In this document: piece after piece, positions 7,373-14,908 of the stretch
Numbering within the stretch: the stretch's first letter is position 1
How the letters are laid out: each line of letters begins with the position of its first letter
Origin: a bacterium
GTDB lineage: Bacteria > Hinthialibacterota > Hinthialibacteria > Hinthialibacterales > Hinthialibacteraceae
DNA: 14,908 nucleotides
Reading direction: 5' to 3'
Assembly: GCA_963663405.2 (NCBI GenBank)
Contig: CAXXSM010000034.1
Location: forward strand, 1-14,908
Made by a program: the position numbers and the translations under genes
Notes under the pieces: generated by a model
Told to the model about the DNA's origin: nothing
Databases searched by the model: none
What the model saw: only the letters and a program-made list of their open reading frames with translations

Positions 7373-8119
7373 TTATTTTGGGGGATTCATGTAGTGATGT
7401 TTGACGGGTGGCGGTGGAATATTCTTTTCGAGAATCACGGGAGTAAGATAATTCTCCAAGTAAAAACCGGGATTCTTCGTTTCTGGCTGAATTGATTTTA
7501 AACAAAGGACTCGTTCTCTGGGGATATAATGCCTAAAAGTTAATACGGATATCAGCTGATAGAGGGATTTCTCCTGCTTCTCATTCAACATGATCTGATC
7601 GTAATCTCCCAACACCATAATCACGATATACCCCTTTAAGTCGAACGGTTTGAAATTGAACCGGTTCAAGCGCGATTGGAGACGCTCCATTTGAGTCACT
7701 TCATTGCTGCGAAGGGAAAAAGGATCGTTTGGATGAATTTCCGCCATGCTTCGGATGGTTCGCCCGGTAAACACAGCGCCTTCAGCATCGATGAAATAGT
7801 GCGCCGGGACATCCCCTTTCCCCCGGTCTGTTTGGTAGCGTTCGAGCAAATTGGTTAAATAAGTGAGAGAGGATTCGCCGCCATAATCCGCTCCCGAATC
7901 CATAATAGCGATCCCCATCGGTTCCTGAGAATCAAATTCGCCCGCAGGAAGTGGGCCGAGAAGCGCGCGGGGAACCATTTCGACCGATTCGGGCCGTCCG
8001 TTGTGCGTATCGACAAGACCATATTTTTTGATTCCCATCGGATTGCAGCTGGTGAATACAATCGACAAAATAGCCGCCATACCGATCCAGGAAGCATAAC
8101 GCCATTTATATTTGTTCAT
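7373..8119 (-). CDS. Lipoprotein with degenerate N-acetylmuramoyl-L-alanine amidase (Amidase_2/PGRP) domain
   Basis: Lipobox FTS-C after a basic/hydrophobic signal. GDVPAHYFIDAEGAVFTGR, IVIMVLGDYD, QEKSLYQLI and TKNPG align in order with Amidase_2 consensus blocks. AGGAG upstream of ATG 8119 favours it over 8137. Confidence 0.75.
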   Translation of the reverse strand: MNKYKWRYASWIGMAAILSIVFTSCNPMGIKKYGLVDTHNGRPESVEMVPRALLGPLPAGEFDSQEPMGIAIMDSGADYGGESSLTYLTNLLERYQTDRGKGDVPAHYFIDAEGAVFTGRTIRSMAEIHPNDPFSLRSNEVTQMERLQSRLNRFNFKPFDLKGYIVIMVLGDYDQIMLNEKQEKSLYQLISVLTFRHYIPRERVLCLKSIQPETKNPGFYLENYLTPVILEKNIPPPPVKHHYMNPPK

Positions 8120-8151
8120 TCTCCATCTCCTTCGCATTCATCCTAAGGTAG

Positions 8152-8372
8152 TATAATAACGCAATTCAGTGAATCAGAGTGGGACAGCGCGTAATCCATG
8201 TGATTCTTCCGATCGAGCTGAATCCTGACTATTAGTATCGGCTTTTTCCTGTTTCGTCCATTGTTGGATGTAGGCAGCCCTACCAGACGATCGTTGGAAC
8301 CGATACCATTTATAGAATCCGTTATGAGATCCAAATGAAATCCCGAAAGCCGAGGAGAGAAAGGAAAAACCA
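8152..8372 (+). promoter_or_regulatory. ilvD upstream region: TATAAT box, candidate BCAA-rich leader ORF and nested hairpin
   Basis: TATAAT at 8152-8157; GTG 8179..TAG 8235 encodes MGQRVIHVILPIELNPDY; nested complementary segments across 8235-8306. Confidence 0.35.
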
Positions 8373-10037
8373 ATGCGCAGCGATGTCATGAAAAAGGGAG
8401 TGGAAAAGGGGCCGCACCGGAGTCTTTGGTATGCGACCGGCATGTCGAAACAGTCATTAGACAAGCCAATTATCGGCATCGCCAATTCCTTTAACGAAAT
8501 TGTCCCAGGACACGTAGAACTGAATAAAATCGCCAACGCTGTCAAGCGGGGTGTGTATATGGCGGGTGGCACCCCGGTTGAATTCAACACGATCGCCGTA
8601 GATGACGGAATCGCTATGAACCACAAAGGGATGCGCTATTCTCTCGTCAGCCGGGAGGTGATCGCCGACAGCGTCGAGATTATGGCGACGGCTCATCCAT
8701 TCGATGGATTGGTACTGATTTCCAGCTGCGACAAAATCACACCTGGGATGTTGATGGCGGCCGCCCGTCTAAATATCCCCAGCGTTCTTATCACAGGCGG
8801 CCCCATGCTGGCGGGACGGCACCGGGGACAATCGATTGATCTGAATACTACGTTTGTCGATATCGCTCGAGCTAAAAGCGGCGATATCACCGAGGCGGAA
8901 TTTGAAGCGTCATGCGCGGCGGCGTGTCCCGGCGCAGGATCCTGTTCCGGTATGTTCACCGCCAATTCGATGAACTGCATTGCGGAGGCTTTGGGGATCG
9001 CCCTGCCAGGGAATGGAAGCATCCCCGCTGTCTATGCGGACCGGCAGCGATTGGCGGAGATGGCGGGCATCCGGATTCTTGAATGTGTCAAAGATGATAT
9101 CAAAGCCCGTGATCTTTTCACGCGGGACGCTTTTCTCAATGCGATCGCGTTGGATATGGCGTTTGGAGGATCGACCAACACGTCTCTTCATATTCCTGCG
9201 ATCGCGTATGAAGCGGATATAAAAATTACACTCGAAGATTTCAACGAAATCGGCGCAAAAACCCCTCATATCTGTAACATGGCGCCCGCCGGGCCGTTCC
9301 ATTTAGAAGACCTTAATCTTGTCGGCGGTGTGCCCGCTATTTTGAATACGCTCTATCAAGGAGGATTGATCAAGGGGGATACCATCACGGTGACCGGAAA
9401 AACATTGAAAGAAAATATTGCCGATGCTCCGGTCGGTGACAGTGATGTGCTGCGTCCACTCAGCAATCCCTATCACAAAACGGGGGGATTGGCGTGTCTC
9501 TTCGGTAACCTGGCGCCGAATGGAAGCGTTGTAAAAGAAGCGGCGGTGCTTCCTGAAATGTTGACGCACAGCGGCCCGGCGCGCATCTTCAATTCCGAAC
9601 ATGAAGCGGTTGAAGCGATTCTCGGAAAGAAGATCAAAGAAGGAGATGTGGTCGTGCTCCGCTATGAGGGCCCAAAAGGCGGACCCGGCATGCCGGAGAT
9701 GCTGACACCGACATCCGTTGTAAAGGGCATGGGATTAGCATCAAAAGTATCATTAATTACAGACGGCCGTTTTTCCGGCGCAACGACCGGCGCGTCAATC
9801 GGACACATTTCTCCGGAAGCGATGGAAGGTGGTTTGATTGGATTGCTCGAAGAAGGGGATATCATCGAGATCGATATTCCCAAACGTACAATTAACGCGC
9901 GCCTCACAGAAGAAGAGATCGCCGCGCGCCGCGCCAATTGGAAAGAGCCGGAAGCGAAAATTAAGACCGGCGTTATGATGCGATACGCCAAACAAGTTTC
10001 TTCAGCGGCCGAAGGCGCCGTGTTGGAACAGCGGTAA
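8373..10037 (+). CDS. ilvD: Dihydroxy-acid dehydratase
   Basis: KPIIGIANS..EIVPGH, DDGIAMNH.GMRYSL.SRE, CDKITPGMLM, CPGAGSCSGMFTANSM, GGSTN, YEGPKGGPGMPEML, LITDGRFSG and GHISPEA motifs; 554 aa; purine-rich SD. Confidence 0.98.
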   Translation: MRSDVMKKGVEKGPHRSLWYATGMSKQSLDKPIIGIANSFNEIVPGHVELNKIANAVKRGVYMAGGTPVEFNTIAVDDGIAMNHKGMRYSLVSREVIADSVEIMATAHPFDGLVLISSCDKITPGMLMAAARLNIPSVLITGGPMLAGRHRGQSIDLNTTFVDIARAKSGDITEAEFEASCAAACPGAGSCSGMFTANSMNCIAEALGIALPGNGSIPAVYADRQRLAEMAGIRILECVKDDIKARDLFTRDAFLNAIALDMAFGGSTNTSLHIPAIAYEADIKITLEDFNEIGAKTPHICNMAPAGPFHLEDLNLVGGVPAILNTLYQGGLIKGDTITVTGKTLKENIADAPVGDSDVLRPLSNPYHKTGGLACLFGNLAPNGSVVKEAAVLPEMLTHSGPARIFNSEHEAVEAILGKKIKEGDVVVLRYEGPKGGPGMPEMLTPTSVVKGMGLASKVSLITDGRFSGATTGASIGHISPEAMEGGLIGLLEEGDIIEIDIPKRTINARLTEEEIAARRANWKEPEAKIKTGVMMRYAKQVSSAAEGAVLEQR

Positions 10038-10126
10038 ACTGGAAATAATCGTATGTCTCTTGAAGACAATCGCTAAAGCCAGACGTTAAAGTCTGAGAAC
10101 GTAACTCTCTCCTACTCAAATCATTT

Positions 10127-11281
10127 ATGCGGCAGCCCTGGTATCACCTGCGTCTAATCGACCGGATTGTAATATGGGATCTCTTCGTCTCTGTGGCGGA
10201 AGGGGCGGCTCTCTTTTCCTTTGTCTTTTTGCTGAGACGGTTGTATTACCTGACGGAACTAATCGTTGGCCAGGGAGCGAGTCTCTTTGACATCCTGCAA
10301 ATTCTATTCGCCATTCTTCCATCGATCATGGTATTAACGCTTCCAATGGCGTTGTTATTGGCAAGCTTAATGGTATACGGGAGGATGGCGAACGACAATG
10401 AGATTACCGCATTACAAGCCAGTGGCTATTCGGCGCTGCAATTACTCGTCCCGGTTCTTATTACAGGCGCTGCGCTGACGACGCTTCTTCTCTGGTGGGG
10501 AGAACGGATTGCGCCGAAAGGCCTGCGAGTTCTACAAGCGGTCGCCTCGGACATCCTGCGTGATACAGCAACGGCGGGAATCCGGTCCGGTTCGTTCAAT
10601 GAACTGGGGCCTTTTGTGATTTTTCCCCGCTCGGTGGAAGAGGGAAAGATGCGATCGCTCCGTATGTTTGAAGTGAAAGACAACAAAGTCTCTGCGGTGG
10701 TTTCCGCACCGACTGGATCGATCACCTATACGCCGGAACAGGAGATCATCACGCTGAATGTCAATTCCGGTATGTTAGTGAAGTTGCTTTCAGACGAACG
10801 GGATATGGCTGTGCAGTTTGATGAGATGACCTTCTCGATCGGGCTCCCAAACTTGCTTCATCACTTAGCGAGAGGGGGAAGACTGGAACAACAGTATAGC
10901 CGGCGTGAGTTGAATCAAAAAATTGAGGATTATCGTGGAGGGTATTTAAGAAAGAACGATTTCTCTTCAAGGGAAATCAAGTGGTTTTACGAAAAGTGGA
11001 AAGAATGTGAGATTGAGAAAGAACGCCGTATCTCACAACCCTTCGCCTGCCTGATTATGGGGATCATCGGCGCCTTGTTGGGCATGGAATCGCGCATGGG
11101 GAAACGATCGGCCTGCTACAGTCTCACGATCGCTGTCATTTTTATATATTTTATCGTATTGAGTTTCACGAAAACCTACGCGGAAGAGGGCGCATTATCC
11201 GCGTTCACTGCGATGTGGATACCAAACATTTTAGGTTTGGCCGCCACTGTCTATCTATTATGGAGGACCCGCCGAGTCTGA
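10127..11281 (+). CDS. lptF: LPS export ABC transporter permease LptF
   Basis: IDR...; LPMALLLASLMVYGRMANDNEITALQASG; 3 TM + periplasmic domain + 3 TM; AMWIPN near the C-terminus; tandem with a paralogue. Confidence 0.9.
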   Translation: MRQPWYHLRLIDRIVIWDLFVSVAEGAALFSFVFLLRRLYYLTELIVGQGASLFDILQILFAILPSIMVLTLPMALLLASLMVYGRMANDNEITALQASGYSALQLLVPVLITGAALTTLLLWWGERIAPKGLRVLQAVASDILRDTATAGIRSGSFNELGPFVIFPRSVEEGKMRSLRMFEVKDNKVSAVVSAPTGSITYTPEQEIITLNVNSGMLVKLLSDERDMAVQFDEMTFSIGLPNLLHHLARGGRLEQQYSRRELNQKIEDYRGGYLRKNDFSSREIKWFYEKWKECEIEKERRISQPFACLIMGIIGALLGMESRMGKRSACYSLTIAVIFIYFIVLSFTKTYAEEGALSAFTAMWIPNILGLAATVYLLWRTRRV

Positions 11282-12393
11282 TGAACCGGATACGCCTGCG
11301 TCTACTTACTGTGGATTATTTTCTGTTAATGGAGTTTCTATCAGCGGCTTTGTTCGTATTCGGCTTGTTTGTCGTGGTCTGCTTTGTGGTCGTGCTCTTC
11401 GATGACCTGGACCATTTGCGGGAGCATGGGGTGTCTTTCGGTTTAGGAATGGCTTATGTCTTACTGCGTCTTCCGCATGAGGTGATAAAAGCTACGCCGA
11501 TGGTTGTTGTGTTGTCCGTCGTTTTGACGGTCAGTTCTCTCGTACGGAACAACGAAATGCTCATGTTGAATATCGCTGGATATTCTCCCCTCCGGCTCGC
11601 CGCGCCATTCGCGGTGACGCTGGGAATCTTGATCCTTGCGATTGTCTACCTGAACGAGCAAGTCAGTGGGCCTTTCGCCGCACGTGCGCATACGATTATG
11701 GAGACGCGGATTAAAGCCCAGCAGGATCAGTTCGCCGGCTTCCACGGAAATTGGCTATACGGCGATCGTGACCGGTTGTATTACGCGAAAAATTACAATC
11801 CCGCCACCTGTGAATTCACTGAGTTAAGCGTGTTTGAGTTTCGAGGCCGGAAAGGCGCGCTTTCCACTTGGTATGAAGCTGGAAACGCCAAGTGGGAGGA
11901 AGAAGCGGATTTATGGACACTGCGTGACGTTACAGTCCATCTCCTAGATACCAATGGTTCAATCAAGCGCGATCAGTCTAACATTGAGCGAAAACAAATT
12001 GGATATACGCCCCAACAACTCACTCAGGTTATGCAAGATCCCGAACAAATGTCCCACGCCGATCTCGCCGCCATTGTAGACAAAGTCCGCGAAGCGGGTG
12101 AGGATCCGAGAGATTATCTCTGCGATCTGCGAATCAAAGAAGCGTTTCCGTTTGCGGTATTCTTCCTAGGGATGTTGACCTTCAGCATGGCCCTGCGTTT
12201 AAAAGGAGGTGGACGCGCGTCGGGGATTGGACTGGGACTGATGGCTGTGATTGTCTATTTCATGCTTCTTTCGATGGGGAAGAGTATCGGGCAAGCGGGC
12301 GCGGTTCCCCCTTGGTTGGGCGCTTGGGGACCGAATTTAATCTGCTTCGTTATTTCCATTTATGAGTTTAACCGCCTGCAACAAGAAAGTTAA
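11281..12393 (+). CDS. lptG: LPS export ABC transporter permease LptG
   Basis: LVRNNEMLMLNIAGYS, DPEQMS..DL, AFPFA and VPPWLGAWGPN motifs. ATG 11281 overlaps the lptF stop (TGATG), so it is preferred over 11215. Confidence 0.9.
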   Translation: MNRIRLRLLTVDYFLLMEFLSAALFVFGLFVVVCFVVVLFDDLDHLREHGVSFGLGMAYVLLRLPHEVIKATPMVVVLSVVLTVSSLVRNNEMLMLNIAGYSPLRLAAPFAVTLGILILAIVYLNEQVSGPFAARAHTIMETRIKAQQDQFAGFHGNWLYGDRDRLYYAKNYNPATCEFTELSVFEFRGRKGALSTWYEAGNAKWEEEADLWTLRDVTVHLLDTNGSIKRDQSNIERKQIGYTPQQLTQVMQDPEQMSHADLAAIVDKVREAGEDPRDYLCDLRIKEAFPFAVFFLGMLTFSMALRLKGGGRASGIGLGLMAVIVYFMLLSMGKSIGQAGAVPPWLGAWGPNLICFVISIYEFNRLQQES

Positions 12394-12408
12394 AAGGAAT
12401 AATTTCAG

Positions 12409-13557
12409 ATGAATCACTTTGGTTTTAATACTATGCGAACATTGTTGATTACTGCATTTAACCTCTTCTTATTTACGTTCTCCGCAAACGCGCAAAACGC
12501 TGAATCCCTTCCGGCGGGCATGCATGTTTATGGCGCGACGGACAGTATTGAAACCATCCATGCGGGCGTAGTCTATTACGTCCCATTCGATGGAGAACCG
12601 CTCTTGGATTGGCGGGAGCGAGTTGAATATCATATGCGACGGGCGCAAAAATTCCATCAGCGCGAATTCAGCGGTCAATCCAATTTGATCTATTCAATCT
12701 ATCCATCGCCTTTTATCGCTTCCACTGCGCGGGATGGTTTCCCCAAAGATGATGTAAACAAATTCTATTGGCATATCATCAACGAAGTCTGGCATTCCGG
12801 GAAGATCCAGTTTAAACCGGATTGCTTCCCGATCGTTCTTGTGCTTTCCGATATCAACTTCGCGCCTGGGTATGATGATTGGACACGTGTTTATGACCGA
12901 TCCAATGGTTTCTTTGAACCTCCTTACGATTTTTGTGATGGATATATAAGAGGTGATGGAGAAGACCGTCCCGGTTCACGTTGTGGTGGTTCGCGGTCAG
13001 TATTCTGGCCGGAGATGCATATCGGCTTAGGATTAGTGACAGCGGATGGCTGGCGGGTTCCCATCAAGGGGACGGATTGCGTCGTCTATCATGAAGGACT
13101 CGGTCACGCGATCGGTCTTCCTCACCCAGAACCCATAGATAATTCCGTCATGGGTTTGGCGCAGTACGAGGATTCAATCGAGAAAACCTGGATTCATGAA
13201 GGGCAGAAAAAGAGCCTGGGATGGCTGCGGGAAGGGATCGATCACACCGATCTCTTTTCCACATTTGATGTCAGTCATTCTCCCATAAAACCATCTCCCC
13301 AAGACCAAGTTACAATCACCGCATCGTTCAATAGCCGGTATAAAATCAAAAAAATCATCGCTGAAGTACAAACGGCCCTGCGCGAACCGTTCCAATTTCT
13401 GGGTAAAGGAATCGTGAAGACAGAAAAAGGCTTTACACGTGTTTCCTGGATAATGAAACCGTTGGAATCCAACCAGAGCGCCGCCTACCGCGTCCGGATC
13501 GAAACAATGTGCGGTGAGCGCGAAGAACTATGGCATTATTATAAAGTCAGACCTTAA
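12409..13557 (+). CDS. Secreted zinc metallopeptidase-like protein (metzincin-like) with a C-terminal beta-rich domain
   Basis: Signal peptide ending ANA|Q; HEGLGHAIGLPH followed by a Met-turn-like SVM. The start may be ATG 12433. Confidence 0.7.
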   Translation: MNHFGFNTMRTLLITAFNLFLFTFSANAQNAESLPAGMHVYGATDSIETIHAGVVYYVPFDGEPLLDWRERVEYHMRRAQKFHQREFSGQSNLIYSIYPSPFIASTARDGFPKDDVNKFYWHIINEVWHSGKIQFKPDCFPIVLVLSDINFAPGYDDWTRVYDRSNGFFEPPYDFCDGYIRGDGEDRPGSRCGGSRSVFWPEMHIGLGLVTADGWRVPIKGTDCVVYHEGLGHAIGLPHPEPIDNSVMGLAQYEDSIEKTWIHEGQKKSLGWLREGIDHTDLFSTFDVSHSPIKPSPQDQVTITASFNSRYKIKKIIAEVQTALREPFQFLGKGIVKTEKGFTRVSWIMKPLESNQSAAYRVRIETMCGEREELWHYYKVRP

Positions 13558-13604
13558 AAGCACATTTCCAGAATTCGTGCGAAATGCGCCCGCTGATCCA
13601 ATCC

Positions 13605-13910
13605 TTACTCTGCGGCCAATTCACTAAGAACACGTTTCACTGCTTCCGGTTCTTTATCCAGCATCACCAAGAAATGTTTTGACGCGCCGGATGGAACGGA
13701 GCGGCCCTGTTCCCAATCCTGCAAGGTCCGCACATTAAAGCCGTATGTTTCCGCAAATCGTTTCTGGGACATACCGAATTTCTCCCGGATTCGCTTAACG
13801 TTGATTTCATCAGGAAGATGAACGCGGTAATCCTTAGGATCGGCTTCGCCCTTGGCGAACGCCAACGCCTGCATTGCTCCCCGGATCATGCTTTCTCCAA
13901 CTTCACTCAT
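13605..13910 (-). CDS. Cro/C1-type HTH regulator, HigA-like antitoxin
   Basis: INVKRIREKFGMSQKRFAETYGFNVRTLQDWEQGRSVPSG HTH; N-terminal MS..GESMIRGAMQALAFAKG typical of HigA-type antitoxins; GGGAG SD. Confidence 0.9.
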   Translation of the reverse strand: MSEVGESMIRGAMQALAFAKGEADPKDYRVHLPDEINVKRIREKFGMSQKRFAETYGFNVRTLQDWEQGRSVPSGASKHFLVMLDKEPEAVKRVLSELAAE

Positions 13911-13924
13911 CGTTCATTTCTCCC

Positions 13925-13965
13925 ACGGGATTCCCGTATACAATCAAATCTTTTTGATTTGTCAA
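13925..13965 (-). promoter_or_regulatory. Palindromic operator and -35 box upstream of the antitoxin-like gene
   Basis: ACGGGA-T-TCCCGT perfect inverted repeat at 13925-13937; AATCAAA-N4-TTTGATT at 13942-13959; minus-strand TTGACA at 13965-13960. Confidence 0.55.
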
Positions 13966-14038
13966 GAGATTTAGTTTTATTCATCCACATTCAATCCGGT
14001 GGAAGCTTTGGTTATTACAAGATATCATACGATTTACA

Positions 14039-14908
14039 ATGGTTGAAACCGCTTTCACCCAATCGTTTGATGTCATTTTGGATTCCATCGCGGATGGTGT
14101 GTTTACCGTCGATCATCAATGGCGGATCACTTCTTTCAATCAAGCGGCGGAATCGATTCTCGGTATACCACGTGAGGAGGCGATAGGAAAACCATGCTGC
14201 GAGGTATTCCGGTCCAGCATCTGTGAGGGGCAATGCGCGCTCAAGGAAACATTGGAAACAGGCCAATCGATTATCAACAAGACAATTTACGTAATCAATG
14301 TAGAAGGCGACCGGATTCCGATCAGCATCTCCACTGCGATTCTTAAAGATAAGGACGGCAATCCGGTTGGCGGTGTTGAATCTTTCCGTGATTTGAGCCA
14401 AGTAGAGGAACTTCGAAAACAACTATTCGAGAAATATTCGTTGTCGGATATTATCGGCCGCAGCGCAGCTATGAGGAAGATATTCGATACGCTGCCACGA
14501 ATCGCGCAGAGCAACGCGTCGGTTCTCTTAGCGGGAGAAAGCGGCACGGGGAAAGAACTCTTCGCCCGGGCGATCCACAATCTTTCGTTCCGCAGCAAAG
14601 AACCGTTTGTCGCAGTCAATTGCGGCGCGTTGCCTGATACGTTGCTTGAATCGGAACTCTTCGGATACAAAGCCGGCGCGTTCACCGGCGCAAACCAGGA
14701 TAAACCGGGCCGCTTCACACTCGCGAACGGAGGAACCATTCTGCTCGATGAAATCGGCGATGTCTCTCCCGCCATGCAGGTCCGGCTGCTTCGAGTGTTG
14801 CAGGAAAAAACATTTGAGCCACTCGGTTCCACAGAAACCGTTCAAGCCGATGTGCGCGTAATCGCGGCCACGAACAAAGATTTAGCCCATCTCGTTAAGA
14901 AAGGACTC
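14039..14908 (+). CDS. PAS-domain sigma-54-dependent transcriptional activator (NtrC/Fis family), 3' end outside the window
   Basis: Read manually from ATG 14039: [22 protein letters not shown] (PAS), GESGTGKE (Walker A), ESELFGY..GAFTGA, LLDEIGD (Walker B), [19 protein letters not shown]. The frame stays open to the window end. Confidence 0.96.
   Translation, partial: MVETAFTQSFDVILDSIADGVFTVDHQWRITSFNQAAESILGIPREEAIGKPCCEVFRSSICEGQCALKETLETGQSIINKTIYVINVEGDRIPISISTAILKDKDGNPVGGVESFRDLSQVEELRKQLFEKYSLSDIIGRSAAMRKIFDTLPRIAQSNASVLLAGESGTGKELFARAIHNLSFRSKEPFVAVNCGALPDTLLESELFGYKAGAFTGANQDKPGRFTLANGGTILLDEIGDVSPAMQVRLLRVLQEKTFEPLGSTETVQADVRVIAATNKDLAHLVKKGL

Noticed and set aside
8143-10069. 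Several minus-strand and alternate-frame ORFs of 66-150 aa over ilvD and its leader
   Set aside because: Shadow ORFs of a conserved GC-richer gene, with no motifs or SD support.
10055-10095. Two small hairpins after ilvD (TGTCT/AGACA and CAGAC/GTCTG)
   Set aside because: 5-bp stems without a U-tract are not convincing intrinsic terminators.
13560-13589. Imperfect inverted repeat between the convergent peptidase and antitoxin genes
   Set aside because: Mismatched stem, long loop and no U-tract; too weak to call a terminator.
13818-14861. Track ORFs 13818-14186, 14015-14422, 14287-14832, 14528-14845 and 14607-14861, including the idea that one is the missing toxin
   Set aside because: All overlap the clear PAS/sigma-54 activator frame starting at 14039, and none resembles RelE/HigB.
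1-14908. CRISPR arrays, tRNA/rRNA genes, known riboswitches, phage or defence genes
   Set aside because: No regularly spaced repeats or recognisable consensus were seen, and the intergenic gaps are short and accounted for.

Overview
Bacterial (diderm, LPS-exporting) chromosomal window of housekeeping and cell-envelope genes. From left to right: a ~275 bp internally deleted IS5-family remnant that keeps both terminal inverted repeats (not in the ORF track); a lone prepilin/pseudopilin gene; a SAM-dependent methyltransferase; an operon of a PepSY-like repeat protein, an ArnT/PMT (GT39) glycosyltransferase and a PAP2-phosphatase/GT2 fusion; a convergent pair of a GT-C-like membrane protein and a lipoprotein with an Amidase_2/PGRP fold that has lost its zinc ligands; ilvD with a long, structured leader; lptF-lptG; a secreted metzincin-like peptidase with a variant zinc motif; an orphan HigA-like antitoxin; and a PAS/sigma-54 activator running off the right edge (also not in the ORF track). 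The most interesting candidates are the catalytically dead PGRP-like lipoprotein, the polyprenyl-phosphate glyco-modification module with its fusion protein, and a possible leader-peptide/anti-SD attenuator upstream of ilvD. All calls are by eye from motifs; no database search or folding computation was run, so novelty is unverified.
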